From the NCBI GenBank assembly GCA_032907585.1, contig JAJJPO010000117.1:1-47342 (forward strand): 47,342 nt of DNA, given 5' to 3'. The notes under the pieces are model-generated. The model had not been told where the DNA came from and made no database searches. It saw only the letters and a list, made by a program, of their open reading frames with translations. Both the position numbers and the translations under genes were made by a program. Origin of the DNA: Sphingomonas sp. (GTDB taxonomy: Bacteria > Pseudomonadota > Alphaproteobacteria > Sphingomonadales > Sphingomonadaceae). Shown piece after piece: positions 17,606 to 28,639 of the stretch (its first letter is position 1; each line of letters opens with the position of its first letter).

Positions 17606-18898
17606 TCAGCTGTTCAGCGGTGACCAGCTGGGGTCCGACCCTCCGACCGGGGTCGGCATGATCCTTGCTCGGCCGCCGCTTACCGGAACGGCATAGAGCC
17701 GCGCGGCGCCGGCACCCTGCGGGGTGCGATGGAACATCACGAACTGTCCGTTGGGCGCCCAGCTGGGGCCCTCGTCCTGCCAGCCGTCGGTCAGGACCCG
17801 TTCGCCTCCGCCCGACGGGTTCATCACGCCAATGCGGAACGTCCCGGCTATCTTGGTGAAGGCGATGAGATCGCCCGTCGGGCTCCAGGTCGGCGACGCG
17901 TAGCGGCCACCCCCGAAGCTGATGCGGCGCTGGTTGGAACCGTCTGCGCCCATCATGTAGAGCTGCTGCGTCCCGGAGCGATCGCTTTCGAACACGATCT
18001 GGCGGCCGTTGGGCGAGAAGCTCGGGGAGGTATCCGCGCCCGGGGCGCTGGTCAGTCGCCGGGGCGGGCCGCCGTCCACCGACACGATGTAGATATCGGT
18101 ATTGCCGCCGTCCGCCATGGAAAAGACGACGTTGCGGCCATCGGGCGAGAAGCGAGGCGCAAAGGTGATGTGGTTGCCCGGGATCAGGAGCCGCTCGGAG
18201 CCGCTCGCGACGTCGTAGAGCAGGACGCGCGGCCGGCGGCCGATGTAGCTGACGTAAACCAGCTTGTCGCCGCGCGGCGAGAAACGGGGAGTCACCACCG
18301 TGTGCCGGCCAACGGTCAGGTAGCGGTGGTTGCTCCCGTCGGAGTCCATGATCGCGACCCGCTTCTGACGATTGTTCTTTGGCCCGGTCTCGGCGACATA
18401 GACGACCCTCGTGTCGAGATAGGGCTGCTGGCCGGTCAGGCGCGAATAGACAAGGTCGGCGCACTTGTGCGCGGCGCGGCGCCAGTCGCTGCCCGTCACC
18501 GCGAAGCCCTGCCGGGCAAGTTCGCGCCCGGCGGTAACGTCATGGAGATAGCAGGCAATGGTCATCCGCCCGTCGGGCCGGGATTCAATATAGCCCGAGA
18601 CCAGCGCTGCGACGCCGGCGTTGCGCCATTGCGGATAAACGGGGTTGCCGGCCTCCGCGACCGAATAGCCCGGAAGTCCGCCCGGGCCGAGGGGGGTGAA
18701 CATCCCGGTCGAGCGAAGGTCGCTCGCGATCACCTCGGAAACCTGCCGCCCGATCATGTCGCCGGGCATCACGGGGACGGCGATGGCGACATTGGTCCTG
18801 ACGCTTCCGCCGACAAGCTCGGGCGGAGATTCCTGGCTGTCCTGGGCAATGGCGGCTCCGGCGAGCCCGGTGAGCAGGAGAGTTAGGATGAATCGCAT
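17606..18898 (-). CDS. tolB: Tol-Pal periplasmic beta-propeller TolB
   Basis: Signal peptide; RRAAHKCAD; repeated P.FSP.G PD40 motifs; synteny. Confidence 0.95.
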   Translation of the reverse strand: MRFILTLLLTGLAGAAIAQDSQESPPELVGGSVRTNVAIAVPVMPGDMIGRQVSEVIASDLRSTGMFTPLGPGGLPGYSVAEAGNPVYPQWRNAGVAALVSGYIESRPDGRMTIACYLHDVTAGRELARQGFAVTGSDWRRAAHKCADLVYSRLTGQQPYLDTRVVYVAETGPKNNRQKRVAIMDSDGSNHRYLTVGRHTVVTPRFSPRGDKLVYVSYIGRRPRVLLYDVASGSERLLIPGNHITFAPRFSPDGRNVVFSMADGGNTDIYIVSVDGGPPRRLTSAPGADTSPSFSPNGRQIVFESDRSGTQQLYMMGADGSNQRRISFGGGRYASPTWSPTGDLIAFTKIAGTFRIGVMNPSGGGERVLTDGWQDEGPSWAPNGQFVMFHRTPQGAGAARLYAVPVSGGRARIMPTPVGGSDPSWSPLNS

Positions 18899-18901
18899 GG
18901 C

Positions 18902-19672
18902 TCAGTTTACCCTGTAGGTGAAAGTGAAGTCATTCCAGCCGCCGTCGGGTGTATCATACAGCTCGGCGGGCAGGCGTAGCGGGGTGCATTGCGCAAAGAT
19001 GCGTCGCACCTGGTCCTCAAGCAGTTCGCCATATCTGGAGCGAAGCTCCGGGTCTCCCGAAGTACGCAGGACGACGGGCGGTCGGATCAGCCGGCCGCTC
19101 CTGGATAGCTTGAGATTGATGGTCAGGCGCACCTGGTTGGCGCCTTCTCCGATATAGGGTTGCCGGTCGGCGCAGGGCTGCACCTGCCGCAGGATGGCCT
19201 GGCCGACGCTTGCCCTTGCCTTCGCGCTGAAGGTCGGCGCGGCGGGCTTCGGCTCGTCGCTGCTTTTGGACGGCGCTTCCCCGATCCCCTTGAGGAAATC
19301 ATCGCCGATCCTCGAGACCCTCGGAGCAGGCCGCGAAGGAGCCGGCTTGGGCGGAGCTGGCTTGGTCGCCCGGACGGGCGCGGGGGCAGGCCTTGGCCTC
19401 GGGGCCGGGGTCGGTTCCGGCCGAACCACCGGCGGGGCCTCTGCCGGCTCGACCTCGCCGATCTCGGGCGCCTGGCTCGGCGGCGGTGGCACCGGGATCG
19501 ACTGGGGCGCCGCGGACGAAAGGCCGATCTCCTCGACCAGCTCGACTTCCATTGCCGGTGGTTCGGGGGAGGAATCGACGTTGGCGAGGCTCATTGACAG
19601 GGCGCCGATGAGCGCGACGTGGAACAGCAGGGCTGCTCCCGTCCCGGTCCATTCGGCGCGGTCCAGTCTCAT
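18902..19672 (-). CDS. tolA: TolA/TonB-like energy transducer
   Basis: TM helix with conserved His (ALLFHVAL), Pro-rich linker, C-terminal domain with two Cys; between tolR and tolB. Confidence 0.8.
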   Translation of the reverse strand: MRLDRAEWTGTGAALLFHVALIGALSMSLANVDSSPEPPAMEVELVEEIGLSSAAPQSIPVPPPPSQAPEIGEVEPAEAPPVVRPEPTPAPRPRPAPAPVRATKPAPPKPAPSRPAPRVSRIGDDFLKGIGEAPSKSSDEPKPAAPTFSAKARASVGQAILRQVQPCADRQPYIGEGANQVRLTINLKLSRSGRLIRPPVVLRTSGDPELRSRYGELLEDQVRRIFAQCTPLRLPAELYDTPDGGWNDFTFTYRVN

Positions 19673-20109
19673 TGCTGCTCGGGCCCCACCGAGACCAGCG
19701 CGACACGGTTGAGGCCGGCGCGGTTGAGCTCGCCCATGACCCGCATCACCCGGCCATAGTCGAGGCCGCGGTCAGCACGCAGGTAGATGCGGCGCCCTTC
19801 CGCCGGCTCCGGCTGCGCCGCAATCTCGGCCAGTAAGGCAGGTAGCTCCGCTTCGCTGACCGGGGCGTCATCGACGGTGATGGCGCCGCGGCCGTCAATC
19901 GCTACCTGGACCGGCTTGGCTTCCTGGTCGAGCGCGCCGGCCCGGCTTTCCGGAAGGTCGATCGGTACGCCCGCGACCAGCAGCGGCGCAGTCACCATGA
20001 AGATGATGAGCAGGACCAGCATCACGTCGACGAGGGGCGTGACGTTGATCTCCGACATGGGCGGCCTGCGCCGGCCGCGGCCCGACGAGGAAGGAAGGTT
20101 GGCGCCCAT
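19669..20109 (-). CDS. tolR: TolR
   Basis: SEINVTPLVDVMLVLLIIFMVTAP; LRADRGLDYG. Confidence 0.95.
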   Translation of the reverse strand: MGANLPSSSGRGRRRPPMSEINVTPLVDVMLVLLIIFMVTAPLLVAGVPIDLPESRAGALDQEAKPVQVAIDGRGAITVDDAPVSEAELPALLAEIAAQPEPAEGRRIYLRADRGLDYGRVMRVMGELNRAGLNRVALVSVGPEQQ

Positions 20110-20810
20110 CAGTGACCTACCCCTGCCTCGGCCTCCAGCTCCCGGCTTAGAGTCGCGTGAAACCGGTCGGCAAAGCGGCCAAGCTTCGCCTCGTGGCGGT
20201 CCAGCCCGTGGGTCAGCCTGTTATAGGCGATAACCGCCGGGATCGCCGCGAACAGGCCGATGGCAGTGGCGAACAGGGCCTCGGCGATGCCCGGGGCGAC
20301 CACTGCAAGCGAAGTGTTGTTGGCCCCGGCAATCGCCGTGAAACTGCGCATGATGCCCCAGACCGTTCCGAACAGCCCGACGAATGGTGCGACGGAGCCG
20401 ACGGTGGCGAGGATGTTCAGCCGGTCTGACAGGCGGTCGAGCTCTGCTGCGACCGCGGCGTTCATCCTGCTCGCAAGCCGTTCGCGCGTGCCCGTGCGAT
20501 CGATCGCCTTGGACTTGGTCGAGCGGCGCCACTCGTCGAGCGCGGCCGTCATCACAACCGCGATCGGCAAGGGATCCGAACCGCGCCTGCTGTGGAACGC
20601 GTCGATGTCGCTCGCAGCCCAGAAATCCCGCTCGAACTGGTCGGTACCGCGATTGATCCGCCGCAGGCGCAGGGAATGAGTGAAAATGATCGCCCAGGTC
20701 CAGATGCTGGCGAGGAGCAGGCCAAGCATGACGGCTTTGACCACCACGTCCGCCTGCAGGAACAGGTGGAGCGGGCTCATCAGGTCGGCTGAGGCTTCTA
20801 CGGTTGGCAT
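20109..20810 (-). CDS. tolQ: TolQ
   Basis: [42 protein letters not shown]; TGATG junctions on both sides. Confidence 0.95.
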   Translation of the reverse strand: MPTVEASADLMSPLHLFLQADVVVKAVMLGLLLASIWTWAIIFTHSLRLRRINRGTDQFERDFWAASDIDAFHSRRGSDPLPIAVVMTAALDEWRRSTKSKAIDRTGTRERLASRMNAAVAAELDRLSDRLNILATVGSVAPFVGLFGTVWGIMRSFTAIAGANNTSLAVVAPGIAEALFATAIGLFAAIPAVIAYNRLTHGLDRHEAKLGRFADRFHATLSRELEAEAGVGH

Positions 20811-21268
20811 CAAATTCCTTCTTGCTCGAATCGCTTGAAACGCAGGATCCAATCCGCCGGCTGGCGGCGCGGACGGCCGTCCGGGCTCAGGAACGCCGCG
20901 GTAACCGTCGCTTCCGCAAGCACTTCCCTCCCGCGCATGACTCGTTGATGAATGGAACAGGAAGCATTGCGGATCTGCGTGATCCTGCTCACCACGACGA
21001 GTTCATCGTCCAGCTTGGCGGGCCTGCGCCACCTGATGTCCATTTCGCTGACGGCATAGGCGCCGAGGCCCTCGTCGAGGGCCGCACGCTGGTCGATCCC
21101 GGCAGCGCGCAGCATGTCGGAACGGGCCCGCTCGAAAAAGCGAAGATAATTGGCATGGTAGACAATGCCCGCCGTATCGGTGTCCTCAAAGTAAACCGTC
21201 AGCGCGAACCGGTGTTCCTTGCCAACAAATCCGCCGCGATAGGGGTGATCGAAGGGAGATGGCTCCAT
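20810..21268 (-). CDS. ybgC: Tol-Pal-associated acyl-CoA thioesterase
   Basis: [25 protein letters not shown]; position before tolQ; start 21268 or 21286. Confidence 0.92.
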   Translation of the reverse strand: MEPSPFDHPYRGGFVGKEHRFALTVYFEDTDTAGIVYHANYLRFFERARSDMLRAAGIDQRAALDEGLGAYAVSEMDIRWRRPAKLDDELVVVSRITQIRNASCSIHQRVMRGREVLAEATVTAAFLSPDGRPRRQPADWILRFKRFEQEGI

Positions 21269-21328
21269 CCCTGTCGCATTAACCAAGGCAGGAGTCTGGC
21301 GGCAAGCCTGAGCGGCCGAAAAGTGGCC

Positions 21329-22474
21329 CTAGCGCGGCTGTCCGCTGGCCGATTCCGGCCGGTCCAGCGCCGAAACCTGGCGAACCAGGTCGCCCATCGG
21401 CGCGTAAAAGTCGGCAAGGTGCATTCCCCACCCGGGAATGAACATCCCGAGGACGGCCACCTCTCCGCCGATCCGGTCGGTGCGCCTGTCGCCCGGGTCG
21501 GCGTTGGTCCGGATGGAAAGATAGCCCCGCTGGCCATCGCTGACGCAGCGCGCGGAGACCAGGCCCTCGGTTCGAAGATAGGGCGAGGGCGGTACTCCCT
21601 CGGTCGACCACTGGATCGGACCTCCCGGGACGGGAAGGGCGGAGCGGGCATTCCAATAGCTGTCGAGGCTGACCCATCCCTTCGCGCCCGGTTCAGCGGG
21701 GTTGGTGCAGGCGACCGTCATGCCGGGCTTGTCCGCGACGCCGAACATGGCGCCGGGCGGAGGCGGGTTGTTCTCGCGGAAGCTTACCCAGGTGAGGACG
21801 CACCCGGTTTGCCCGGCCCTCGAGCAGATCGGGGTCTTTTTCAGGGTGCCGCCGGTGAGCTTTCCCTGGGGAACGAGGAGATTGAAGCCCGGGATGATCG
21901 CGAGTTTCATGCGCGCAGCTTCGGGCTTGCCCTCGATTTCGTGGGCGATGAGCTGCTGGAGCATCAATGAGCCCTGGCTGTGGCCGATCAGCACGTAGGG
22001 CCGCCCCTTGTTGTGCCTGGCGAGATATTCCTTCCAGGCGGAGCGGACGTCCGAATAGGCCATCATTGCCGGGGCGGTAACGTCGGCTCCCGCGGCAGCG
22101 GCTGCAACGGCGCCGAGTGTCATCGACCGGTAAATCGGCGCAAATGTCCGGCAACTGCCGGCAAAGCGGGCAAACTGGCTGGCGACCGCGGCCTTCTCCT
22201 CGCCGTCGCCCGGCCTGAGGTCGCTGTTCATGCCGGCGTCCCGGCTCATCGTCGGGTAGACGTAGAAACAGTCGACCGGCGGGTTGCTGGCAACCGGCGA
22301 AAGGCCGGTCGAGCCGTAGCCATTTGAGTTGAGGGCGGTGGTCGGGAGCGGGGTCGAGCAAGGGTCGGCCCGTCCCGGTAGGCACAGCCAGTTGGCAGCG
22401 CTGCCATAATCCGGCGCTTCGGCGGCCGAGGATGCCTGCAGTGCAAAGAGCGAAGCGGCGGCAAGGAGACTCAT
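21329..22474 (-). CDS. Exported DUF3089-like alpha/beta hydrolase
   Basis: Signal peptide; [19 protein letters not shown] nucleophile elbow, C-terminal H..D. Confidence 0.8.
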   Translation of the reverse strand: MSLLAAASLFALQASSAAEAPDYGSAANWLCLPGRADPCSTPLPTTALNSNGYGSTGLSPVASNPPVDCFYVYPTMSRDAGMNSDLRPGDGEEKAAVASQFARFAGSCRTFAPIYRSMTLGAVAAAAAGADVTAPAMMAYSDVRSAWKEYLARHNKGRPYVLIGHSQGSLMLQQLIAHEIEGKPEAARMKLAIIPGFNLLVPQGKLTGGTLKKTPICSRAGQTGCVLTWVSFRENNPPPPGAMFGVADKPGMTVACTNPAEPGAKGWVSLDSYWNARSALPVPGGPIQWSTEGVPPSPYLRTEGLVSARCVSDGQRGYLSIRTNADPGDRRTDRIGGEVAVLGMFIPGWGMHLADFYAPMGDLVRQVSALDRPESASGQPR

Positions 22475-23508
22475 TTTTCCTCCGGATCGAACAGGCCGGA
22501 CTGGCTGCCAGCCGGCGGGTTAAGCCCGAGATGTTGCCAGCCACGCCCGTTCAGGCAGCGTCCTCTTGCCGTCCGGGCGATTAGGCCAAGCTGAATGAGA
22601 TAGGGCTCGACCACGTCCTCGAGCGTGTCGCGCGGCTCGGAAAGGCCCGCGGCCAGTGTCTCGATGCCGACCGGCCCGCCCCCGTAAAGCTCGGCGATCA
22701 TGGAGAGATAGCGCCGGTCCATGGCATCGAGGCCAAGGCGGTCGATCTCGAGCCGCGCCAGTGCACGGTCGGCAACCTTCGCATCGATCGCGTCCGCGCC
22801 GGCGGCATGGGCAAAGTCGCGGACGCGCCGGAGTAACCGTCCGGCAATGCGCGGCGTGCCCCGGCTCCGGCGCGCGATCTCATGCTCGCCCTCGCTGGTG
22901 GTCGGTGCCCCGAGCAGGCGCGCGGCACGGCGGACGACCTGCTCCAGCTCGTCGACCGTGTAGAAGGCAAGCCTCACCGGGATCCCGAACCGGTCCCGAA
23001 GCGGGGTGGTCAGCAGCCCCTGGCGAGTGGTGGCGCCGACGAGCGTGAAGCGCGGAAGATCGATCCGCACCGATCGGGCCGAGGGCCCTTCGCCGATCAT
23101 GAGGTCGAGCGCCCGGTCCTCCATCGCCGGATAGAGGACTTCCTCCACGGCGGGGTTTAGCCGGTGGATCTCGTCGATAAACAGGACGTCGCCGTCCTCG
23201 AGGTTGGTAAGGAGCGCCGCGAGGTCCCCTGACTTGGCGATGACCGGCCCGGATGTAGCCCGGAAACCGACACCCATTTCGCGGGCAAGGATACCCGCGA
23301 GGGTGGTCTTGCCAAGGCCCGGCGGGCCGAAGAACAGTACATGGTCGAGCGCCTCGCCGCGGGACCGCGCCGCGTTCACGAAGACCCGCAGATTTTCCCG
23401 GGCCGACTGCTGGCCGATGAACTCGTCCAGGCTTTTCGGGCGAAGCGCGGAATCCGCGTCTTCGGCGGTGCGTTCGGGCGTCGTCAGTCGGGCGGGGTCG
23501 GTGGCCAT
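22471..23508 (-). CDS. ruvB: Holliday junction helicase RuvB
   Basis: [47 protein letters not shown]. Confidence 0.98.
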   Translation of the reverse strand: MATDPARLTTPERTAEDADSALRPKSLDEFIGQQSARENLRVFVNAARSRGEALDHVLFFGPPGLGKTTLAGILAREMGVGFRATSGPVIAKSGDLAALLTNLEDGDVLFIDEIHRLNPAVEEVLYPAMEDRALDLMIGEGPSARSVRIDLPRFTLVGATTRQGLLTTPLRDRFGIPVRLAFYTVDELEQVVRRAARLLGAPTTSEGEHEIARRSRGTPRIAGRLLRRVRDFAHAAGADAIDAKVADRALARLEIDRLGLDAMDRRYLSMIAELYGGGPVGIETLAAGLSEPRDTLEDVVEPYLIQLGLIARTARGRCLNGRGWQHLGLNPPAGSQSGLFDPEEK

Positions 23509-23588
23509 TGCTTCGCTTGTGACAAGTTGCACCGGGCCGCGCAACGAGTCACGTCATGTCGGACGAGGCAAGCTGCAGCTGGCGTCAC

Positions 23589-23990
23589 CTAGTCGCTATG
23601 GCTGATGCCATCGCCGGGGAGCTCCACCCATCGATGCCGACGCTTTTCCCAGACGGAAAATCGCGGCGATAGCGAGTAGGGATCGTCGAAGGCGCCAAGG
23701 GGGACCGCCACCAGCCCGTCGAACTTGCCCTCGTTCCGGTAGTATGCCGTCGACCCGCAGTCCGGACAGAAGAAATGGGTAACGAGGTTTCCGCTGTCCG
23801 CCCGGCTGGACCAGCGCTCCGACCGACCGCTGCTGTTCATCTGTTCGGTGGGCCAGCGGGCCTGTGCAGAAAAGGCGCTGCCACTTCGCTTCTGGCAATC
23901 AAGGCAGTGGCAAACCGAGACACGGACCGGTTCGCCGGTCACCACGACCTTCAGCTGGCCGCACCGGCATGAGGCGGTCCGCGAGCTCAT
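23589..23990 (-). CDS. GFA/CENP-V family Zn-binding protein
   Basis: CRCG...CHCLDCQKRSG...FCPDCGS; start at ATG 23990. Confidence 0.88.
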   Translation of the reverse strand: MSSRTASCRCGQLKVVVTGEPVRVSVCHCLDCQKRSGSAFSAQARWPTEQMNSSGRSERWSSRADSGNLVTHFFCPDCGSTAYYRNEGKFDGLVAVPLGAFDDPYSLSPRFSVWEKRRHRWVELPGDGISHSD

Positions 23991-24039
23991 CCGGCGATTT
24001 CCATGGGAAGCGCGACCGTGCAGCGTTGGGCCCTTAGCC

Positions 24040-24636
24040 TCACTTTGAAGACTTTCGAAGGGCCAGTCGCACCAGCGCATCGAGATTGGCGCCGGGGCCA
24101 AGCTCGGCCTGGGCGGCTGCCACTGCCGCGCTCGCTTCACCGGCCTTGAAGCCAAGGTTGGCCAGCGCCGACACCGCGTCCGCCGCGGCGCCGCCCTGGG
24201 GAGCGGGTGCACCCGAAGCTGCCGCCAGCGCCGGGCTGCCAAGCTTTCCGGCAAGCTCGTTAACGATCCTCTGTGCAAGCTTGGGACCAACGCCATTGGC
24301 ACGGGCGACCATCGCCTTGTCGCCCCGGCTTACCGCCAGCGCCAGCTCGTCGGGCGAAAGAACCGACAATATCGCGAGAGCGACGCGGCCGCCCACGCCC
24401 TGGACGCTCGTCAAGTGGCGAAAGGATTGCCGCTCCCCGGCCGAGCCAAAGCCGAACAATGTCCAGCCATCCTCACGGACCTGCAGTTCGGTCAGGATGG
24501 TAACCTCTCCGCCGACCGGGCCCAGCGCATCTAGCGTGCGGCTGCTCAACTGGACCTGGTAGCCGATTCCCTGGACGTCGACGATCGCGCCTTCAGCGCT
24601 GGTCTCGAGCAGGGTTCCATGGAGGCGAGCGATCAT
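24040..24636 (-). CDS. ruvA: Holliday junction branch-migration protein RuvA
   Basis: [42 protein letters not shown]. Confidence 0.97.
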   Translation of the reverse strand: MIARLHGTLLETSAEGAIVDVQGIGYQVQLSSRTLDALGPVGGEVTILTELQVREDGWTLFGFGSAGERQSFRHLTSVQGVGGRVALAILSVLSPDELALAVSRGDKAMVARANGVGPKLAQRIVNELAGKLGSPALAAASGAPAPQGGAAADAVSALANLGFKAGEASAAVAAAQAELGPGANLDALVRLALRKSSK

Positions 24637-24638
24637 TG

Positions 24639-25130
24639 CTAACGCGTAACGCCGGCCCTTGCGCTCGCCAAGTGGTGCGCGTGGGTGATCGCGACCGCCA
24701 GCGCGTCCGCCGCGTCGGGGCCCGCGATCGCGACGCCCGGGAGGATGCGCTGGACCATCGCGTGAACCTGCGCCTTCTCGGCGCCGCCGGTCCCCACCAC
24801 GGATTTCTTTACCAGCCTTGCGGCATATTCGCCGACCGGGAGGCCCGAGCGTGCGGCAACCATCAGTGCCACCCCGCGCGCCTGGCCGAGCTTTAGCGTC
24901 GACTGCGGGTTCTTGTTGACGAAGACTTCCTCGACCGCCGCGGCTTGCGGGCAGTGGTCGGCGATGATCTGCTCGAGCTGGGTTCCAAGGCTGGCGAGGC
25001 GCCGCGGCAGGTCCTCGCGCGGGTCGGTCTTCAACTGGCCGTTGGCGAGATGCGCAAGCCGGTTGCCCTCCGCGCGGATCAGGCCCCAGCCGGTAGTGCC
25101 AAGTCCAGGATCAAGGCCCAGGATGATCAG
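24639..25130 (-). CDS. ruvC: Holliday junction resolvase RuvC
   Basis: Extended manually: (L)[15 protein letters not shown]...[34 protein letters not shown]; CTG start at 25130 with GGAG SD. Confidence 0.95.
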   Translation of the reverse strand: MIILGLDPGLGTTGWGLIRAEGNRLAHLANGQLKTDPREDLPRRLASLGTQLEQIIADHCPQAAAVEEVFVNKNPQSTLKLGQARGVALMVAARSGLPVGEYAARLVKKSVVGTGGAEKAQVHAMVQRILPGVAIAGPDAADALAVAITHAHHLASARAGVTR

Positions 25131-25870
25131 GCGAGCTTCTCCAGCTCCTCGTCGGGAACGTCATAATTGCCCCAGACCGTCTGGACGTCGTCGTCATCCT
25201 CTAGCGCGTCGATCAGCTTCATCAGCGTGCCGGCATCATCGCCGCGCAGCTCGATTTCATTCTGGGGTTTCCAGCCAAGCTTGACCGCCTCGGCTTCGCC
25301 GAGCGCGGATTCGAGCGCCTTCGCGACCTCGTGCAGCGAGTCGACCGAGGTCCAGATCTCATGTCCCTCCTCGTCGCTGGCGACATCGTCCGCGCCGGCC
25401 TCGATCGCCGCTTCAAGGACCTTGTCGGCGTCGCCGGCGGCAGCGCCATATTCAATCAGCCCCATGCGGTCGAAGGCGTGGCTGACGCTCCCGCTGGCGC
25501 CGAGATTGCCGCCGTTCTTTGAGAATATCGTGCGGACGTTGGTCGCCGTGCGGTTACGATTGTCGCTCAGCGCCTCGACGAGCAGCGAGACGCCGCCGGG
25601 ACCGAAACCCTCGTCGCGGATCTCCTCGTAATTCTCGCCCTCGCCCTTCTCCGCCTTGTCGATCGCGCGCTGGATATTGTCCTTTGGCATGGACTGGGCG
25701 CGCGCCGCGATCACCGCGGCTCGAAGCCGGGGATTCATGTCGGGATCGGGAAGACCCATCTTCGCCGCGACGGTGATTTCGCGGCTCAGTTTCGAGAACA
25801 TCGCCGAACGCTTTTTGTCCTGCGCGCCCTTGCGATGCATGATGTTCTTGAATTTTGAATGACCGGCCAT
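25127..25870 (-). CDS. yebC: YebC/PmpR family protein
   Basis: [40 protein letters not shown]. Confidence 0.96.
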   Translation of the reverse strand: MAGHSKFKNIMHRKGAQDKKRSAMFSKLSREITVAAKMGLPDPDMNPRLRAAVIAARAQSMPKDNIQRAIDKAEKGEGENYEEIRDEGFGPGGVSLLVEALSDNRNRTATNVRTIFSKNGGNLGASGSVSHAFDRMGLIEYGAAAGDADKVLEAAIEAGADDVASDEEGHEIWTSVDSLHEVAKALESALGEAEAVKLGWKPQNEIELRGDDAGTLMKLIDALEDDDDVQTVWGNYDVPDEELEKLA

Positions 25871-25889
25871 GAATGCCCCAATTTCTTGC

Positions 25890-25918
25890 GGTCCTGCCGG
25901 AAAATTCCCGGCAAGACC
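25890..25918 (-). other. Hairpin between gapR and yebC
   Basis: Minus strand GGTCTTGCCGGGA-ATT-TTCCGGCAGGACC, 13-bp stem with two G-U pairs, no U-tract. Confidence 0.45.
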
Positions 25919-25934
25919 ATAACCTCACCCCAGC

Positions 25935-26177
25935 TTAGACCAGGCCGAGCGCGTTGCGATAGGTCTCGAGCAGTGCGTCCGCTTCCTGGCGGGCGTGCGC
26001 CTCCATCTTCCGCAGGCGTACTATGGCGCGCATCGTCTTGGTGTCATAGCCGTTGGCCTTGGCCTCGGCATAGACATCCTTGACGTCGTCGGCGATGCCC
26101 TTCTTCTCTTCCTCGAGCCGCTCGATACGTTCGATGAACAGCCGCAGCTGGTCTGCCGCGACATTTCCTTCGCTCAT
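25935..26177 (-). CDS. gapR: DUF2312/UPF0335 nucleoid-associated protein GapR
   Basis: [44 protein letters not shown]. Confidence 0.92.
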   Translation of the reverse strand: MSEGNVAADQLRLFIERIERLEEEKKGIADDVKDVYAEAKANGYDTKTMRAIVRLRKMEAHARQEADALLETYRNALGLV

Positions 26178-26315
26178 TTACTCCGCCCTTCCGAATCTCA
26201 TGGGATGATCAAAATAGAGGCGGCTCACTAGGCGAGGGCACTGCTCGCCTCAACCCGGTTGAATGACTCGCCCGAGCCGCTATGGCGGGGCCGAACAAGT
26301 GAAGCTGGGGTGAGA

Positions 26316-27770
26316 ATGCTGAGACCGCGGGCACGCAAGGTGAAGATCCTGGCAACGTTGGGCCCGGCTTCCTCTTCTCCGGAAATGATCCGCGCCTTGA
26401 TGGATGCAGGTGCGGACGCGTTCCGGATCAACATGAGCCACGGCGGCCAGGCCGAGAAGGCCAGGCTGGTCGAATCCATCCGCGCTCTCGAAAAGACGCT
26501 TCACCGCCCGACCACCATCCTGTTCGACCTCCAGGGCCCCAAGCTTCGGGTCGGAAAATTCAAGGGTGGCTCGGCCGAACTCGTCAAGGGCCGGATGTTC
26601 GTTCTCGATCGCAATCGCGAGCCTGGCGATGCCACCCGCGTCGAGCTGCCGCACCCGGAGCTGTTCGAGGCGGTGAAAAAGGATACGCGCCTGCTGATCG
26701 ACGACGGCAAGATCCGCCTGCGGGTTGCAGCCGTCGAGAATGACCAGATCGCGGCGGTGGTCGAGGTCGGCGGCAAGGTCAGCAACAACAAGGGGGTCAA
26801 TGTCCCCGACGTGCTCGTCCCGATCCCGGCGCTCACCAAGAAGGACCGCTCGGACCTCGTCTTTGCGCTCGAGCAAGGCGCGGACTTCATCGCCCTGTCC
26901 TTCGTCCAGCGTCCCGAGGACGTGGCCGAGGCAAGGGAAATGGTCGGCGACCGTGCCGGCCTCCTCGCCAAGATCGAGAAACCCCAGGCAATCGAGCGGC
27001 TGGACGAGATACTGGCCCTCGCCGACGCCGTGATGGTCGCGCGCGGCGATCTCGGCGTGGAACTTCCCCCCGAGGGGGTCCCGCCGCTCCAGAACCGGAT
27101 CGTCGCTGCGGCGCGCCAGGAAGGCAAGCCGGTCATCGTTGCGACCCAGATGCTGGAATCGATGATCGTCTCGCCGACCCCGACCCGTGCCGAGGTCAGC
27201 GATGTCGCCAACGCGATTTACGAGGGCGCTGACGCGGTCATGCTTTCCGCCGAAAGCGCGGCGGGCGCCTATCCGGTCGAGGCGGTGACGATGATGGACC
27301 GGATCGCCCGGAGCGTCGAGGCAGATCCTGTCTACCCGGCGCGCATCCATTTCACCGAAACGCCGGCGGAGGAAACCATTGCCGACGCGCTCTCGGAAAG
27401 CGCCGCCCAGATCGTGCGCATTCTCGATGCCAAGTCGGTGGCCTGCTTCACCTCGACGGGTTCGACCGCCCGGCGGATTGCGCGCGAGCGGGCGCAGGTG
27501 CCGACGCTCGCAATGACCGCCAGCATGAAGGTAGCCCGCCGCCTCGGGCTCCAGTGGGGCGTTCACGCGGTCCACACGAGGGACGTGTCGAGTTTCGAGG
27601 AAATGGTCGGCAAGGCAAAGAGGATGGTCCTGCGCCATCGATTGGCCATGGCCGGCGACAGCGTCCTCATCATGGCCGGGGTACCGTTCAAGACGAGCGG
27701 ATCGACCAACGTCATCCACGTCGTGAAGATCGTCGGCGACGAACTCGATACCTATCTCAACGAGGGTTGA
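26316..27770 (+). CDS. pyk: Pyruvate kinase
   Basis: KILATLGPAS, RINMSHG, DLQGPKLR, AKIEK, MVARGDLGVE, ATQMLESM, PTRAEVSDVANA, MLSAESA. Confidence 0.98.
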   Translation: MLRPRARKVKILATLGPASSSPEMIRALMDAGADAFRINMSHGGQAEKARLVESIRALEKTLHRPTTILFDLQGPKLRVGKFKGGSAELVKGRMFVLDRNREPGDATRVELPHPELFEAVKKDTRLLIDDGKIRLRVAAVENDQIAAVVEVGGKVSNNKGVNVPDVLVPIPALTKKDRSDLVFALEQGADFIALSFVQRPEDVAEAREMVGDRAGLLAKIEKPQAIERLDEILALADAVMVARGDLGVELPPEGVPPLQNRIVAAARQEGKPVIVATQMLESMIVSPTPTRAEVSDVANAIYEGADAVMLSAESAAGAYPVEAVTMMDRIARSVEADPVYPARIHFTETPAEETIADALSESAAQIVRILDAKSVACFTSTGSTARRIARERAQVPTLAMTASMKVARRLGLQWGVHAVHTRDVSSFEEMVGKAKRMVLRHRLAMAGDSVLIMAGVPFKTSGSTNVIHVVKIVGDELDTYLNEG

Positions 27771-28639
27771 GCCTGTTCCAGGAGCCCCGGTAACTCTCCC
27801 GCCAGCTCGCGGGCGAGATAGCCGATCGTGCCAACCTTCCTCGCCAGCGAAGAGCCGGCCTCGCCGTGGAGCCAGACGCTCCATAGCAGGGCGGTAAGTG
27901 GGTCGGCTCCCCTGGCAAGGATGGCGCCGGCAATGCCGGCGAGCGCATCGCCGGAGCCGGACGCGCCGAGGCCCGGGCCACCGCCCTCATATTTCCAGGC
28001 CGAGCCGTCCGGGTCCACCACATGGCTTTGCGGGCCCTTGACGAGGACCAGCGCGCCATAGCGCCGGGCGCACTCCCGCCCGCACCCCAGGGGATCCTTC
28101 CTGACCTGCTCCTCCTCGCAGCCGATGAGAGCTGCCATTTCCCGGTCATGGGGGAGGAGGATGGGGACCGGGGCATCGCGGGCCGCGTCCTCGTGCGGCA
28201 TCAGCGCGTAGAGCATGGCGGCGTCAAGGACGAGCCGGTCGATCCCGGCCTGGAGGAGTTTCCTCGCCAGCCGTTCGCAGCTTTTTCCCGGCATCATCCC
28301 GGGGCCGGCCACCACCGCGTCAAAGCGCTCGAGCCTTTCCATCAGCTGGCCGGCGCCTGCCTTCGATATGCCGCCGTCCCGGCTCATCGGAAGCGCAAGC
28401 ACCAGCGCCTCCGGGACCGCCATCGCGATATGCGGCGCCATCGGCTCGACCGTGGCGATGCTGACCTTGCCGCATCCCGAACGAAGCGCAGCCATGGCGG
28501 CAATGACGGCCGAGCCTGGCGTCTCAGTGCTGCCAGCGATGACCAGCAGCTTGCCATGGCTGTTCTTGTCGCCCTCCTCCACCGGGGGAAGGGGATGGCG
28601 CCGGAGCAGGTCGAGGTCGAGCGCTGCGCAGCTGCTCAT
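27752..28639 (-). CDS. nnrD: Stand-alone ADP-dependent NAD(P)H-hydrate dehydratase
   Basis: DKNSHG..LVIAGS..PG, AGPG, VLDA, PH.REM, VLVKG, GASGSGDALAG; ATGA overlap with upstream gene. Confidence 0.88.
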   Translation of the reverse strand: MSSCAALDLDLLRRHPLPPVEEGDKNSHGKLLVIAGSTETPGSAVIAAMAALRSGCGKVSIATVEPMAPHIAMAVPEALVLALPMSRDGGISKAGAGQLMERLERFDAVVAGPGMMPGKSCERLARKLLQAGIDRLVLDAAMLYALMPHEDAARDAPVPILLPHDREMAALIGCEEEQVRKDPLGCGRECARRYGALVLVKGPQSHVVDPDGSAWKYEGGGPGLGASGSGDALAGIAGAILARGADPLTALLWSVWLHGEAGSSLARKVGTIGYLARELAGELPGLLEQAQPSLR

